NCBI GenBank assembly: GCA_964442205.1
Contig: CAYTYF010000002.1
Span: 19,336-47,001, forward strand
Length of the DNA stretch: 27,666 nt
Direction of reading: 5' to 3'
Source of the DNA: an uncultured Candidatus Saccharibacteria bacterium
Lineage (GTDB): Bacteria; Patescibacteriota; Minisyncoccia; Phycocordibacterales; UBA918
In this document: positions 8,099 to 15,444 of the stretch, piece after piece
Numbering within the stretch: position 1 is the first letter of the stretch
How the letters are laid out: each line of letters begins with the position of its first letter
Made by a program: the position numbers and the translations under genes
Notes under the pieces: model-generated
Database searches by the model: none
What the model saw: only the letters and a program-made list of their open reading frames with translations
Told to the model about the DNA's origin: nothing

Positions 8099-9373
8099 AT
8101 GAGTAATAAAATTACTTGGCACACCGAGACTCGCAAAGTCGATGATCTCGTGCCATACGACAAGAACCCTCGCACCTTGTCGGACAAACAACGTAAAGAC
8201 CTTGAAGCGAGCATTATCAAGTTCTCTCTAGCGGAGATTCCTGCGATCAACACCGATAACACTATCGTGGCAGGGCACGCCAGACTGAAGGTAATGCAAC
8301 TACTCGGTCGCGGGCAAGAAAAAATTGACGTGCGAGTACCAAACCGCACCCTTACCAAAAAAGAGTTCGAGGAATACCTCCTGCGTTCCAATAAGAATAC
8401 CGGCTCGTGGGACTACGAGCTCTTGCAAGGCTTCGATACTGAATTCCTCTTGGATATCGGATTCGATGACGGCGACCTCTCTGACATCTGGGACGATGTG
8501 CTCGAGATTGATGACGATGAGTTCAATCCAGAGAAGGAGCTGAAGAAAGCTGAGAAAACTGACATTAAGTCTGGTGACTTCTTCAAGCTCGGTAGCCACT
8601 ATCTCATCTGTGGTGACAGCACGAACCCCGAGACAGTGAAGCGACTCGTTGGTGATACCAAGATCGACATGTCATATGTAGATATTCCGTACAATATCGG
8701 ACTTTCGTACGATAAAGGCATCGGTGGCAAGAAGAGCTACGGCGGTGTCGTTGACGATAAGAAGACAGACGCTGAGTACCGCACCTTTGTACGTACACTA
8801 ATGCAAAATGCGGTGGACGTTTCTGCTAAGGACTCGCACCACATCTGGTACTGCGATTCAGCGTATGTAGGCATGCTTCAAAACCTATTCGTTGAGGCAG
8901 GTATCGCATACAAACGCACTGCACTTTGGATCAAAAACGGTATCAATCCAACGCCACAAGTAGCGTTCTCGAAAATCTACGAGCCTGCGCTCTACGGCAC
9001 GATTGGTAAACCGTACCTCTCTAAGAAACACACCAAGCTCGCCGAGATTCTGAATAAAGATATCGGTATTGGTAACGCTACCATCGATGATGTCACTGAC
9101 ATGATCGATATCTGGCTCGCTAAGCGTGACGCAGGTCAATCCTACGATCACCCAACGCAGAAACCGCTGTCTCTGCATGAGCGACCACTTAACCGTTGCA
9201 CCAAGATCGGTGATAACGTACTCGATCTCTGTGGTGGTTCAGGTTCAACCCTCCTTGCGTGTGAGCAAATGAAACGTAATGCGTTTCTGGTCGAGCTCAA
9301 CCCCGTCTTTGTTCAGGTAATCATCAACCGCTATGAAAAATTCACTGGCACCAAAGCTACCAAGATCAATTAA
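8099..9373 (+). CDS. ParB/Srx-N domain fused to an N6/N4 DNA methyltransferase (beta arrangement)
   Basis: LVPYDKNPR...IVAGHARL (ParB-like). DIPY catalytic motif variant, HPTQKP, and VLDLCGGSGSTL SAM-binding motif. Confidence 0.85.
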   Translation: MSNKITWHTETRKVDDLVPYDKNPRTLSDKQRKDLEASIIKFSLAEIPAINTDNTIVAGHARLKVMQLLGRGQEKIDVRVPNRTLTKKEFEEYLLRSNKNTGSWDYELLQGFDTEFLLDIGFDDGDLSDIWDDVLEIDDDEFNPEKELKKAEKTDIKSGDFFKLGSHYLICGDSTNPETVKRLVGDTKIDMSYVDIPYNIGLSYDKGIGGKKSYGGVVDDKKTDAEYRTFVRTLMQNAVDVSAKDSHHIWYCDSAYVGMLQNLFVEAGIAYKRTALWIKNGINPTPQVAFSKIYEPALYGTIGKPYLSKKHTKLAEILNKDIGIGNATIDDVTDMIDIWLAKRDAGQSYDHPTQKPLSLHERPLNRCTKIGDNVLDLCGGSGSTLLACEQMKRNAFLVELNPVFVQVIINRYEKFTGTKATKIN

Positions 9374-10148
9374 GACGGGGGACATCATCTGTCTTGGTGA
9401 GCACGTCCTTATCTGCGGTGATTCTTCCAAGGTAGACCTCTCTGTCTACGGGAACATCGACCTCTTGCTGACCGACCCGCCGTACGGCGTGGACTACGCT
9501 GAAAGCAAGCGTGGCATCGGCAAGATTGCCAAGGATAAAGACATCTCTAATGACGGATTTATGTCCGACCAACAGTACGTTGAGTTCACGAAGAGCTGGC
9601 TTTCTCCAGCACTGGTGAAGCTGTCCAAGAAAAACAGCATCTACATCTTCAATTCCGACAAGATGATCTTCGCTCTCCGTCAGGCCTGCCTTGAGGCAGG
9701 TATGAAAATTGCCCAACTTATCGTCTGGGTGAAGGATCGAGCGATTGTCGGGAGACTCGACTACCTGCCGCAACACGAACTCATTCTCTACGGCTGGAAA
9801 GGTACGCACGACTTCAAGCGTGGCAAAGACAAGTCAGTCGCGTTCTACCCAAAGCCTTCGCAAAGCAAACTCCACCCGACGATGAAACCAGTCGGACTAC
9901 TCCGCAGACTGATTCTTAACAGTACGAAGGTTGGTGACACCGTCTATGACCCATTTGGTGGCAGTGGCTCAACCTTGATTGCCTGCGAGCATACGAAGCG
10001 TAAGTGTATTACGGTCGAGATGGATCCAGAATATTGCGAAACCATCGTTGCTCGCTGGCTAAAACTCACTGGTAATGGACAAGCGCGAGAAGCGGATACA
10101 GGAGCGGATCCTGAAACAGCAAGAGAAAGTACTCCAGTCTCTGCGTGA
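9333..10148 (+). CDS. Second N6/N4 DNA methyltransferase
   Basis: LTDPPYG, HPTMKPVGL and DPFGGSGST motifs. Overlaps both neighbours. Confidence 0.9.
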   Translation: MKNSLAPKLPRSIKTGDIICLGEHVLICGDSSKVDLSVYGNIDLLLTDPPYGVDYAESKRGIGKIAKDKDISNDGFMSDQQYVEFTKSWLSPALVKLSKKNSIYIFNSDKMIFALRQACLEAGMKIAQLIVWVKDRAIVGRLDYLPQHELILYGWKGTHDFKRGKDKSVAFYPKPSQSKLHPTMKPVGLLRRLILNSTKVGDTVYDPFGGSGSTLIACEHTKRKCITVEMDPEYCETIVARWLKLTGNGQAREADTGADPETARESTPVSA

Positions 10149-10515
10149 ATCGGGTAACGTGAGCTTTGCGTGCAAGAAGGCTGGTCTCAGTCGAGAGACG
10201 TACTATCGCTGGATGAAGGAGGATGAAGACTTTGCAGTACAGGCTGATAAAGCGATTGGTGACGGCAAGAGTTATGTAAATGACTTGGCGCATAATCAGC
10301 TTATGCGAAGTATCAGTGAAGGCTACTTTCCAGCCATCAAGTTTCAGTTGAGTAACTGTCACGATGATTATCATCCGAAGAAGACCACTTCACCGTACCG
10401 TCTTGAAGAGATGACACCACCAATCACGATTACCTCCATTCCAACTATCGCTCGCCTTGAGCGATATCGAGAGTTTATCGAGAATGGAGGTCACCCCGAC
10501 GATTGGGAAGGATAA
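10075..10515 (+). CDS. Phage terminase-small-subunit-like HTH protein (phBC6A51-like)
   Basis: LQSLRESGNVSFACKKAGLSRETYYRWMKEDEDF HTH pattern, located immediately after a ParB-MTase as in phage packaging modules. Confidence 0.7.
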   Translation: MDKREKRIQERILKQQEKVLQSLRESGNVSFACKKAGLSRETYYRWMKEDEDFAVQADKAIGDGKSYVNDLAHNQLMRSISEGYFPAIKFQLSNCHDDYHPKKTTSPYRLEEMTPPITITSIPTIARLERYREFIENGGHPDDWEG

Positions 10516-10549
10516 AAAATAAACCACTGTACGTCAGTGGTTTATTTTT
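10514..10549. terminator. Bidirectional terminator
   Basis: AAAAATAAACCACTG-TACGT-CAGTGGTTTATTTTT inverted repeat between convergent reading frames. Confidence 0.75.
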
Positions 10550-10760
10550 ACATTCCCGCCCTCGCGCAGTCTGCTTTCTCAATATCTTTCCACTTAAGGT
10601 AGTTTGGCTGGTCTTCGGCTTGCAGATAGGCGGCTGTGACCATTCCTGCTTGTACGCATATTTCAATTGCGTCACCACCTTGTTTGGCAAGGTTGTATTG
10701 TCGGACAGAATCAGCTGCGACTTGGTCTTCAATTTTATTGAGGTCATTAGCCGCCAGGTC
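10548..10760 (-). pseudogene. 5'-truncated gene fragment (70 codons) starting right after the tRNA-Arg 3' end
   Basis: Frame not in the ORF track: DLAANDLNKIEDQVAADSVRQYNLAKQGGDAIEICVQAGMVTAAYLQAEDQPNYLKWKDIEKADCARAGM*. Protein-like, has no N-terminal start, and ends at the terminator. Confidence 0.6.
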
Positions 10761-10771
10761 TCACTATTGGG

Positions 10772-10843
10772 TGCCCCCAGCAGGAATCGAACCTACATCA
10801 AGAGCTTAGAAGTCTCCTGTTCTATCCATTGAACTATGGGGAC
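10772..10843 (-). tRNA. tRNA-Arg(UCU)
   Basis: Cloverleaf: acceptor GTCCCCA/TGGGGGC, anticodon loop CTTCTAA, T-loop TTCGATT. No encoded CCA. Confidence 0.95.
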
Positions 10844-10960
10844 GGGCGCTACCACAATACCAAATATCTAAGGTGGGGGAAACGAAAGAAAACAAAGGCG
10901 TCCACAACAGTGGGCGCCCTACGTTATGTACATACACCTTTGCGTTGCGTGCGAACGGGG

Positions 10961-11176
10961 TCAGATGTCAGCCCAGTCAGTGAAACGCATGGGTTTCTGA
11001 GGCCTTACTGTGAGCAACAGATTAGCAGTGCCTGGTCCGTCCTTCTTGGGCGTTTGTGCTTGCATGTGTCGCTCACGGTCATCGGAATCGCCTTGCTGTC
11101 TCCTGTCCTGGTACCCGCCATCCCCATGCTGCTGTCCTGGATGGGGATAGATGTGGTTTGATGTGTCTTGTGCCAT
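10961..11176 (-). CDS. Small hydrophilic orphan protein ending in RFTDWADI (71 aa)
   Basis: Strong SD (GGAGGTG / GGGAG) upstream, and an AT-rich promoter-like region (TTGCTT...TATAAG) before it. Confidence 0.6.
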   Translation of the reverse strand: MAQDTSNHIYPHPGQQHGDGGYQDRRQQGDSDDRERHMQAQTPKKDGPGTANLLLTVRPQKPMRFTDWADI

Positions 11177-11259
11177 TTCTCCCTTCCTTCACCTCCGTCT
11201 ACTTATAACACCACATAATTTTTAAAAAAGCAATTTTTATCAATCTGTACCTGTGTATA

Positions 11260-11287
11260 AAAAAGAAGGCGCCGCTTAATGCGGCGC
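11260..11287 (-). terminator. Intrinsic terminator for the 11295-11486 gene
   Basis: GCGCCGC-TTAAT-GCGGCGC (11269-11287), followed by CTTCTTTTTT on the minus strand. Confidence 0.7.
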
Positions 11288-11294
11288 TGTATAT

Positions 11295-11486
11295 TCACCA
11301 ATCTCGTTCACGATAGCGAGGCGGTGAAACTGGGCCTAGATCGCGGTTAGCCCGTGCGGCATCCCGTTCTCGGAGTGTACGGATCTCCGCTTCGTCGTCC
11401 GGATGCTCATTATCGTGCACAGGCTCGAGCTTCGCATCGAAATCAAGGCGCGGCTTCAGCGGCTCGTCTTCATCAGGGTTAGCCAT
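11295..11486 (-). CDS. Small charged orphan protein (63 aa, MANPDEDE...)
   Basis: GAGGA SD before the ATG at 11486, with a terminator downstream. Confidence 0.55.
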   Translation of the reverse strand: MANPDEDEPLKPRLDFDAKLEPVHDNEHPDDEAEIRTLRERDAARANRDLGPVSPPRYRERDW

Positions 11487-11607
11487 TTGAGCGTTCCTCT
11501 TTCCTCGTCCGAAATAGAGCGAGGATAAAAGTACGATACGCTGAAATTTTAATTTGTAAACGGTGTGGTGAGACTTGGTCACTCTCATGGATCTTTTCTG
11601 ATAAATA

Positions 11608-11802
11608 ATGAGAGATTTGTCCCGCTTTTTCTAAACTCACTACGTTCGCTAAGAATGCTGGACGCAGCCCACTCGTTTTGGCATTAAGATAGCCAAAACA
11701 TCCTTCCGCTGTTCAAGTCTCTACGGAAAGCACGCAGGTGCTTTCCTCATCGTGCACGAATAAAAAATCGCCCACACAAAGGTGAGCTGATTTTTATACT
11801 CG
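11608..11802. mobile_element. tRNA-3'-end-associated structured element, tRNA-Val-matched copy, directly abutting the tRNA
   Basis: Direct repeat ATGAGAGATTTG (11608-11619) vs tRNA 11809-11820, 1 mismatch. CACTACGTTC loop. TTTTGGCATTAAGATAGCCAAAA hairpin. Inverted tRNA copy GTTCAAGTCTCT[AC GGAAAGCAC GCAG GTGCTTTCC T]CATCGTGCAC at 11711-11757. Spacer hairpin. Confidence 0.8.
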
Positions 11803-11875
11803 TGCGCGATGAGAGACTTGAACTCCCGACCTTCTCGGTGTAAACGAGCTGCTCTACCAACTGAGCTAATCGCGC
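11803..11875 (-). tRNA. tRNA-Val(UAC)
   Basis: Acceptor GCGCGAT/ATCGCGC, anticodon loop TTTACAC, T-loop TTCAAGT. No CCA. Confidence 0.95.
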
Positions 11876-11938
11876 AAATTTAGTACGCATCATAGTACTG
11901 GTTTTTGAGAATTATTCAATCTCAACTATACTTGCGCC

Positions 11939-12211
11939 ATGGTAGAGATACAATGCGTCATTTCAGGGAAGGTGCAGGGCGTTCGGTATCGCGATTTTGT
12001 GCAGGTGTCGGCGACCGAGCTTGGAGTTGTGGGGTACGTAAGAAATGTGGAAGATGGTACCGTGCTCGTGTGCGCTCAGGCTTTACCCGATATACTTAAA
12101 GAATTCATTGAATATCTCCACGAGGGATCGCTCTTGGCCCGGGTCGATGCGGTCTCCGTCGACTGGAAGTCACCAAAGGTAACATTTGATGATTTTTCAA
12201 TTCATCACTGA
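11939..12211 (+). CDS. acyP: Acylphosphatase
   Basis: ISGKVQGVRYR...GYVRNVEDGTV signature. Confidence 0.9.
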   Translation: MVEIQCVISGKVQGVRYRDFVQVSATELGVVGYVRNVEDGTVLVCAQALPDILKEFIEYLHEGSLLARVDAVSVDWKSPKVTFDDFSIHH

Positions 12212-12212
12212 C

Positions 12213-12959
12213 ATGCATACAGAACCAACGATCATATATGAGGATGAAGCGATGGTGGCGATCAACAAACCAGCCGGTTTGCTCGTGCACGCTGATGGTC
12301 GCAGCAATGAAACTACCGTGGTCGACTGGTTCGAGTCTCGCTGTCCGACTGCCATCGGGGTGGGTGAACCTCAGCGTGGCGATGATGGGAAAGAGCTCAA
12401 GCGTTCGGGAGTGGTACACCGTTTGGACCGTGAGACCTCAGGCATCATGGTGCTCGCCAAGACACAGGATGCATTCACGCACCTCAAAGCACAGTTTCAT
12501 GATCGGTTAGCACAGAAGGAGTACCGTGCCTTCGTGTACGGCGCAATGCGTGAACGCTGGGGGACCATTGATCGCCAGATCGGTAGGAGTGCTTCTGATT
12601 TCCGTCTTCGTTCGGCGCAAAAGGGAGCAAAGGGAACTATGCGTGATGCGGTAACGGACTGGGAACGCATTGCTGCTGGTCAGTACCAAGGTGAACTGTT
12701 CTCGTACGTGAAGCTTAAGCCGAAGACAGGACGGACCCACCAGCTGCGAGTACACTTGAAAGCTATCGATCGGCCGATCGTCGGTGATGCTTTGTATGCT
12801 CCATCTTTCGTCGAACGTTCCTCGAATCTGGGGCTGGAACGCTTGGCACTCCACGCGCATTTGCTCGAATTGACCTTGCCAAATGGCTCACTCGAGCGCC
12901 TGATCGCACCTTTGCCGCCCGTATTTGAGGAGGCTGCAGAACGCATTGCAGAGCAGTAA
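12213..12959 (+). CDS. RluA-family RNA pseudouridine synthase
   Basis: INKPAGLLVH, VHRLDRETSG (catalytic Asp), TGRTHQLRVH and LHA motifs. Start placed at ATG 12213, just after the acyP stop. Confidence 0.92.
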   Translation: MHTEPTIIYEDEAMVAINKPAGLLVHADGRSNETTVVDWFESRCPTAIGVGEPQRGDDGKELKRSGVVHRLDRETSGIMVLAKTQDAFTHLKAQFHDRLAQKEYRAFVYGAMRERWGTIDRQIGRSASDFRLRSAQKGAKGTMRDAVTDWERIAAGQYQGELFSYVKLKPKTGRTHQLRVHLKAIDRPIVGDALYAPSFVERSSNLGLERLALHAHLLELTLPNGSLERLIAPLPPVFEEAAERIAEQ

Positions 12960-13011
12960 TTGGTGTGGTAGAGTACCCGAGCTTTTAAAGCGCTATTTTA
13001 TTATCTATTAT

Positions 13012-13614
13012 ATGAACACGACACTCACAGGCATCGCCATCTCTCCGGTCGCGATGGATAACCGCAAGGAGCTCGGCCTCAAGGCTGGCGATACCGTGCG
13101 CGTTCACCAGAAGATCCAGGATAAGGGCAAGACCCGTATCCAGGTGTTCGAGGGCATTGTCCTCGCTCGCAAGCACGGCACAGAGCCGGGCGCTACGTTC
13201 ACTGTTCGCAAGGTAGCGAGCGGTGTCGGCGTAGAAAAGATCTACCCACTCTACTCACCGAACATCGATAAGATCGAGATCGTGAAGCGCGCCAAGGTTC
13301 GTCGTGCCAAGCTCTACTTCATCCGTGAGAAGGTTGCTCGCGAGATCAAGCGTCAGATGCGTCGCATGAGCCTGCTCTCTGTTACCTCACTCTCTGAGGC
13401 AGAAGAAGCAAACCGTATCGAGGCTGAAGCGAAGGCTGCTGAGGCAGCAGAGAAGCTCGCACTCGAGGAGGCTGAACTCAAGGAGAAGGAAGCTGCTGAT
13501 GCCAAGGCTGCTGCTGAAGCAGCTGCTGCACCTGAACCAGCACCGGAAGCAGAAGTTGCAGAACCCGAAGCTCCCGAAGCAGCTGTTGAAGAAGAAAAGA
13601 AGGAGGAGGCATAA
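13012..13614 (+). CDS. rplS: 50S ribosomal protein L19 with long acidic Ala/Glu C-terminal extension
   Basis: GDTVRVHQKI..K.RIQVFEGIV...FTVRK..SGVGVEKIYPLYSP.I.KIE...KVRRAKLYF signature. Confidence 0.95.
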   Translation: MNTTLTGIAISPVAMDNRKELGLKAGDTVRVHQKIQDKGKTRIQVFEGIVLARKHGTEPGATFTVRKVASGVGVEKIYPLYSPNIDKIEIVKRAKVRRAKLYFIREKVAREIKRQMRRMSLLSVTSLSEAEEANRIEAEAKAAEAAEKLALEEAELKEKEAADAKAAAEAAAAPEPAPEAEVAEPEAPEAAVEEEKKEEA

Positions 13615-13618
13615 AGCC

Positions 13619-13658
13619 GCACGAAAAAGGCCGACCTTCAGTCTGGCCTTTTTCGTGC
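13619..13658 (+). terminator. rplS terminator
   Basis: GCACGAAAAAGGCC.../...GGCCTTTTTCGTGC inverted repeat containing a U-tract. Confidence 0.75.
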
Positions 13659-13720
13659 CACATTATCTTGAATTAGCAACAACTCTAGTGCATAATGGCC
13701 CAGCCGCGAAAACGCGATCT

Positions 13721-13804
13721 GTCCAGGTGGCGAAATTGGTAGACGCGCTACCTTGAGGGGGTAGTGGGAGTTATCCCGTGCTGGTTCAAATCCAGTCCTG
13801 GACA
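13721..13804 (+). tRNA. tRNA-Leu(GAG)
   Basis: Acceptor GTCCAGG/CCTGGAC, anticodon loop TTGAGGG, long variable arm, T-loop TTCAAAT. No CCA. Confidence 0.95.
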
Positions 13805-13973
13805 CATGCAATATAAGGACGCGCTTAGGCGCGTCTTTTGCATGTGCCCAGGACTGGATTTAGAAGGCGAGCGACGTGAGGGGCAATTCTTAATGCCCCG
13901 AGCCAGTGATGCCTGGGCAGGTAACTCTTATGAGCGTAGCGAATTAGAGTTGGACGCCAAATCCAGTCTTGAC
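13805..13973. mobile_element. tRNA-3'-end-associated structured element, tRNA-Leu-matched copy (more diverged, opposite orientation)
   Basis: Spacer hairpin, then inverted tRNA copy GTGCCCAGGACTGGATTT (13844-13861). GGGGCAATTCTTAATGCCCC hairpin (13880-13899). AACTCT...GAGCGTAGCGA...AGAGTT hairpin (13923-13951). Direct repeat AAATCCAGTCTTGAC (13959-13973). Confidence 0.75.
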
Positions 13974-14040
13974 CGATTCGTGATCAAAAGTTCTGTGTGA
14001 CCTGATCCAGTCATTGCATCAAGCCTGCTATACTACTGCC

Positions 14041-14478
14041 ATGGAAACAAAACAAGAGGAAGGGTTCGGTATCATTCCGGTCGCCAAGATCGACGGAGTG
14101 TGGAAGGTGTTCCTCATCCACCAGATAAGTCGTCATGGTGATTCCTTCTGGGCCTTCCCTAAGGGTCATGCGGAAGGGGAAGAAGGAGGACTAGAAACAG
14201 CTGAGCGCGAACTAAAAGAGGAGACCGGCCTCGTGGCATCGAGCATAGATAGCCATTGCGTCTTCACCGAGTACTACGCTTTCAAAGAAGGCGACACAGA
14301 GATCGAAAAGACTGTTACCTACTACTTAGGTTACATCGAAGATCTAGAAAGTACGCTGCAGGAAAAAGAGGTCAGTGAAGCTGGCTGGTTCGAACTTGAG
14401 GATGCGCGCGAAAAACTGACCCACGAATCGAAGCGAGAGCTGATCGAAGAGCTGCAGACTCAATTACGCAAGGTTTAG
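14041..14478 (+). CDS. Nudix hydrolase, Ap4A-hydrolase-like
   Basis: WAFPKGHAEGEEGGLETAERELKEETGL Nudix box; EKTVTYYLG; ..QEKEVSEAGW. Confidence 0.88.
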   Translation: METKQEEGFGIIPVAKIDGVWKVFLIHQISRHGDSFWAFPKGHAEGEEGGLETAERELKEETGLVASSIDSHCVFTEYYAFKEGDTEIEKTVTYYLGYIEDLESTLQEKEVSEAGWFELEDAREKLTHESKRELIEELQTQLRKV

Positions 14479-14522
14479 AGCTACAAATAAAGCTAAAATT
14501 AGCTTTGTGATACACTACGCCC

Positions 14523-15350
14523 ATGTTCAAAAAGGCGATATTGGGTGTGGTGCTTGGACTTATCCTGGTGCCGAACGTGAGTTTGGCGGCGAACGTAGAG
14601 CGGCAAGCGCTACTTAAGCAAATAGAAGTGCTCACCAAGGAAGTTGCTCGATTGCAGGCTTTGCTCGCGGAGCGGTTGAAGGACGACGATACTTTTTACT
14701 CCAGTACCGCCGAAACAAGGTACACCGTTGTCGACGGTCAGCTCGTGCGTGGTCGAGCTGAACCACGATCTACCCACCAAGAACTTTTCACGGAGCTGAA
14801 AGAAGTGATAGGCAGGTCGGCAGTGGAGCAGTACATTGGAGAGTTTCGAGTCGGTCATGTTCGCGATAGTTCGCAGGAGAACTACATCGAGGGGTACGTA
14901 GAAATGCTGTCTGATTCAAACCAGTGGGTGCTCACCTTGCGGCGCGATGGCACCAAGCCGCTCAACGACGAGGAGCGGGAGCTATTCAAAGAATTGTTTG
15001 TGCACGAATATGCGCACATACTCCTCGATGCTGAACCCACCTTCACCGCTGCATACACGAATCGTTTTTGGGGTGATGGCACGTACCGTGAGAGTGCTCG
15101 CGCCAAGCGTCTCTATGAGCGAGGGGGCTACGGTGCACTAGAAGATGCCCATGAAGGTCTAGGTGGTCAGTTTGCCAGCGGTTACGCTATGCTGAATCCG
15201 AATGAAGACATGGCTGAGACCTTCGGATTGTTCGTAGAAGAAGGGTACCCTGACGGCAACTCCACCATCGAGAACAAGCTCCGTTTTTTCTACGCCGATA
15301 CCTCACTCGTATCCGAGCGTGATCGCCTGCGCGCCAACTTAGGACTCTAG
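14523..15350 (+). CDS. Secreted putative zinc metallopeptidase
   Basis: Signal peptide ending SLA-A, short coiled coil, HEYAH (HExxH) and downstream YAMLNPNEDMAETF. Confidence 0.75.
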   Translation: MFKKAILGVVLGLILVPNVSLAANVERQALLKQIEVLTKEVARLQALLAERLKDDDTFYSSTAETRYTVVDGQLVRGRAEPRSTHQELFTELKEVIGRSAVEQYIGEFRVGHVRDSSQENYIEGYVEMLSDSNQWVLTLRRDGTKPLNDEERELFKELFVHEYAHILLDAEPTFTAAYTNRFWGDGTYRESARAKRLYERGGYGALEDAHEGLGGQFASGYAMLNPNEDMAETFGLFVEEGYPDGNSTIENKLRFFYADTSLVSERDRLRANLGL

Positions 15351-15444
15351 TGAAATCTACATGAAGGTTTTTTACATCTCTGTTTGACAAGCAGGGTGGT
15401 AGGAGTATCGTGTCCGTATCAGGGAGTTTCTCCCGTGCTTTATT

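Larger units (their letters stand above)
4144..10770. mobile_element. Genomic island at the tRNA-Arg(UCU) 3' end, no integrase visible
   Basis: Bounded by GTGCCCCC at 4136-4143 and 10771-10778 (the tRNA 3' terminus). Cargo is visibly more AT-rich than the flanks. Contains phage-type MTase/HTH genes and a truncated gene at the tRNA junction. Confidence 0.65.

Noticed and set aside
4144-10770. Intact prophage or classical integrase-encoding island
   Set aside because: No integrase, structural, replication or lysis genes are present.
10475-11161. ORF-track entries 10475-10747, 10503-10832 and 10829-11161
   Set aside because: They overlap the tRNA, a terminator or better-supported frames, and are not protein-like.
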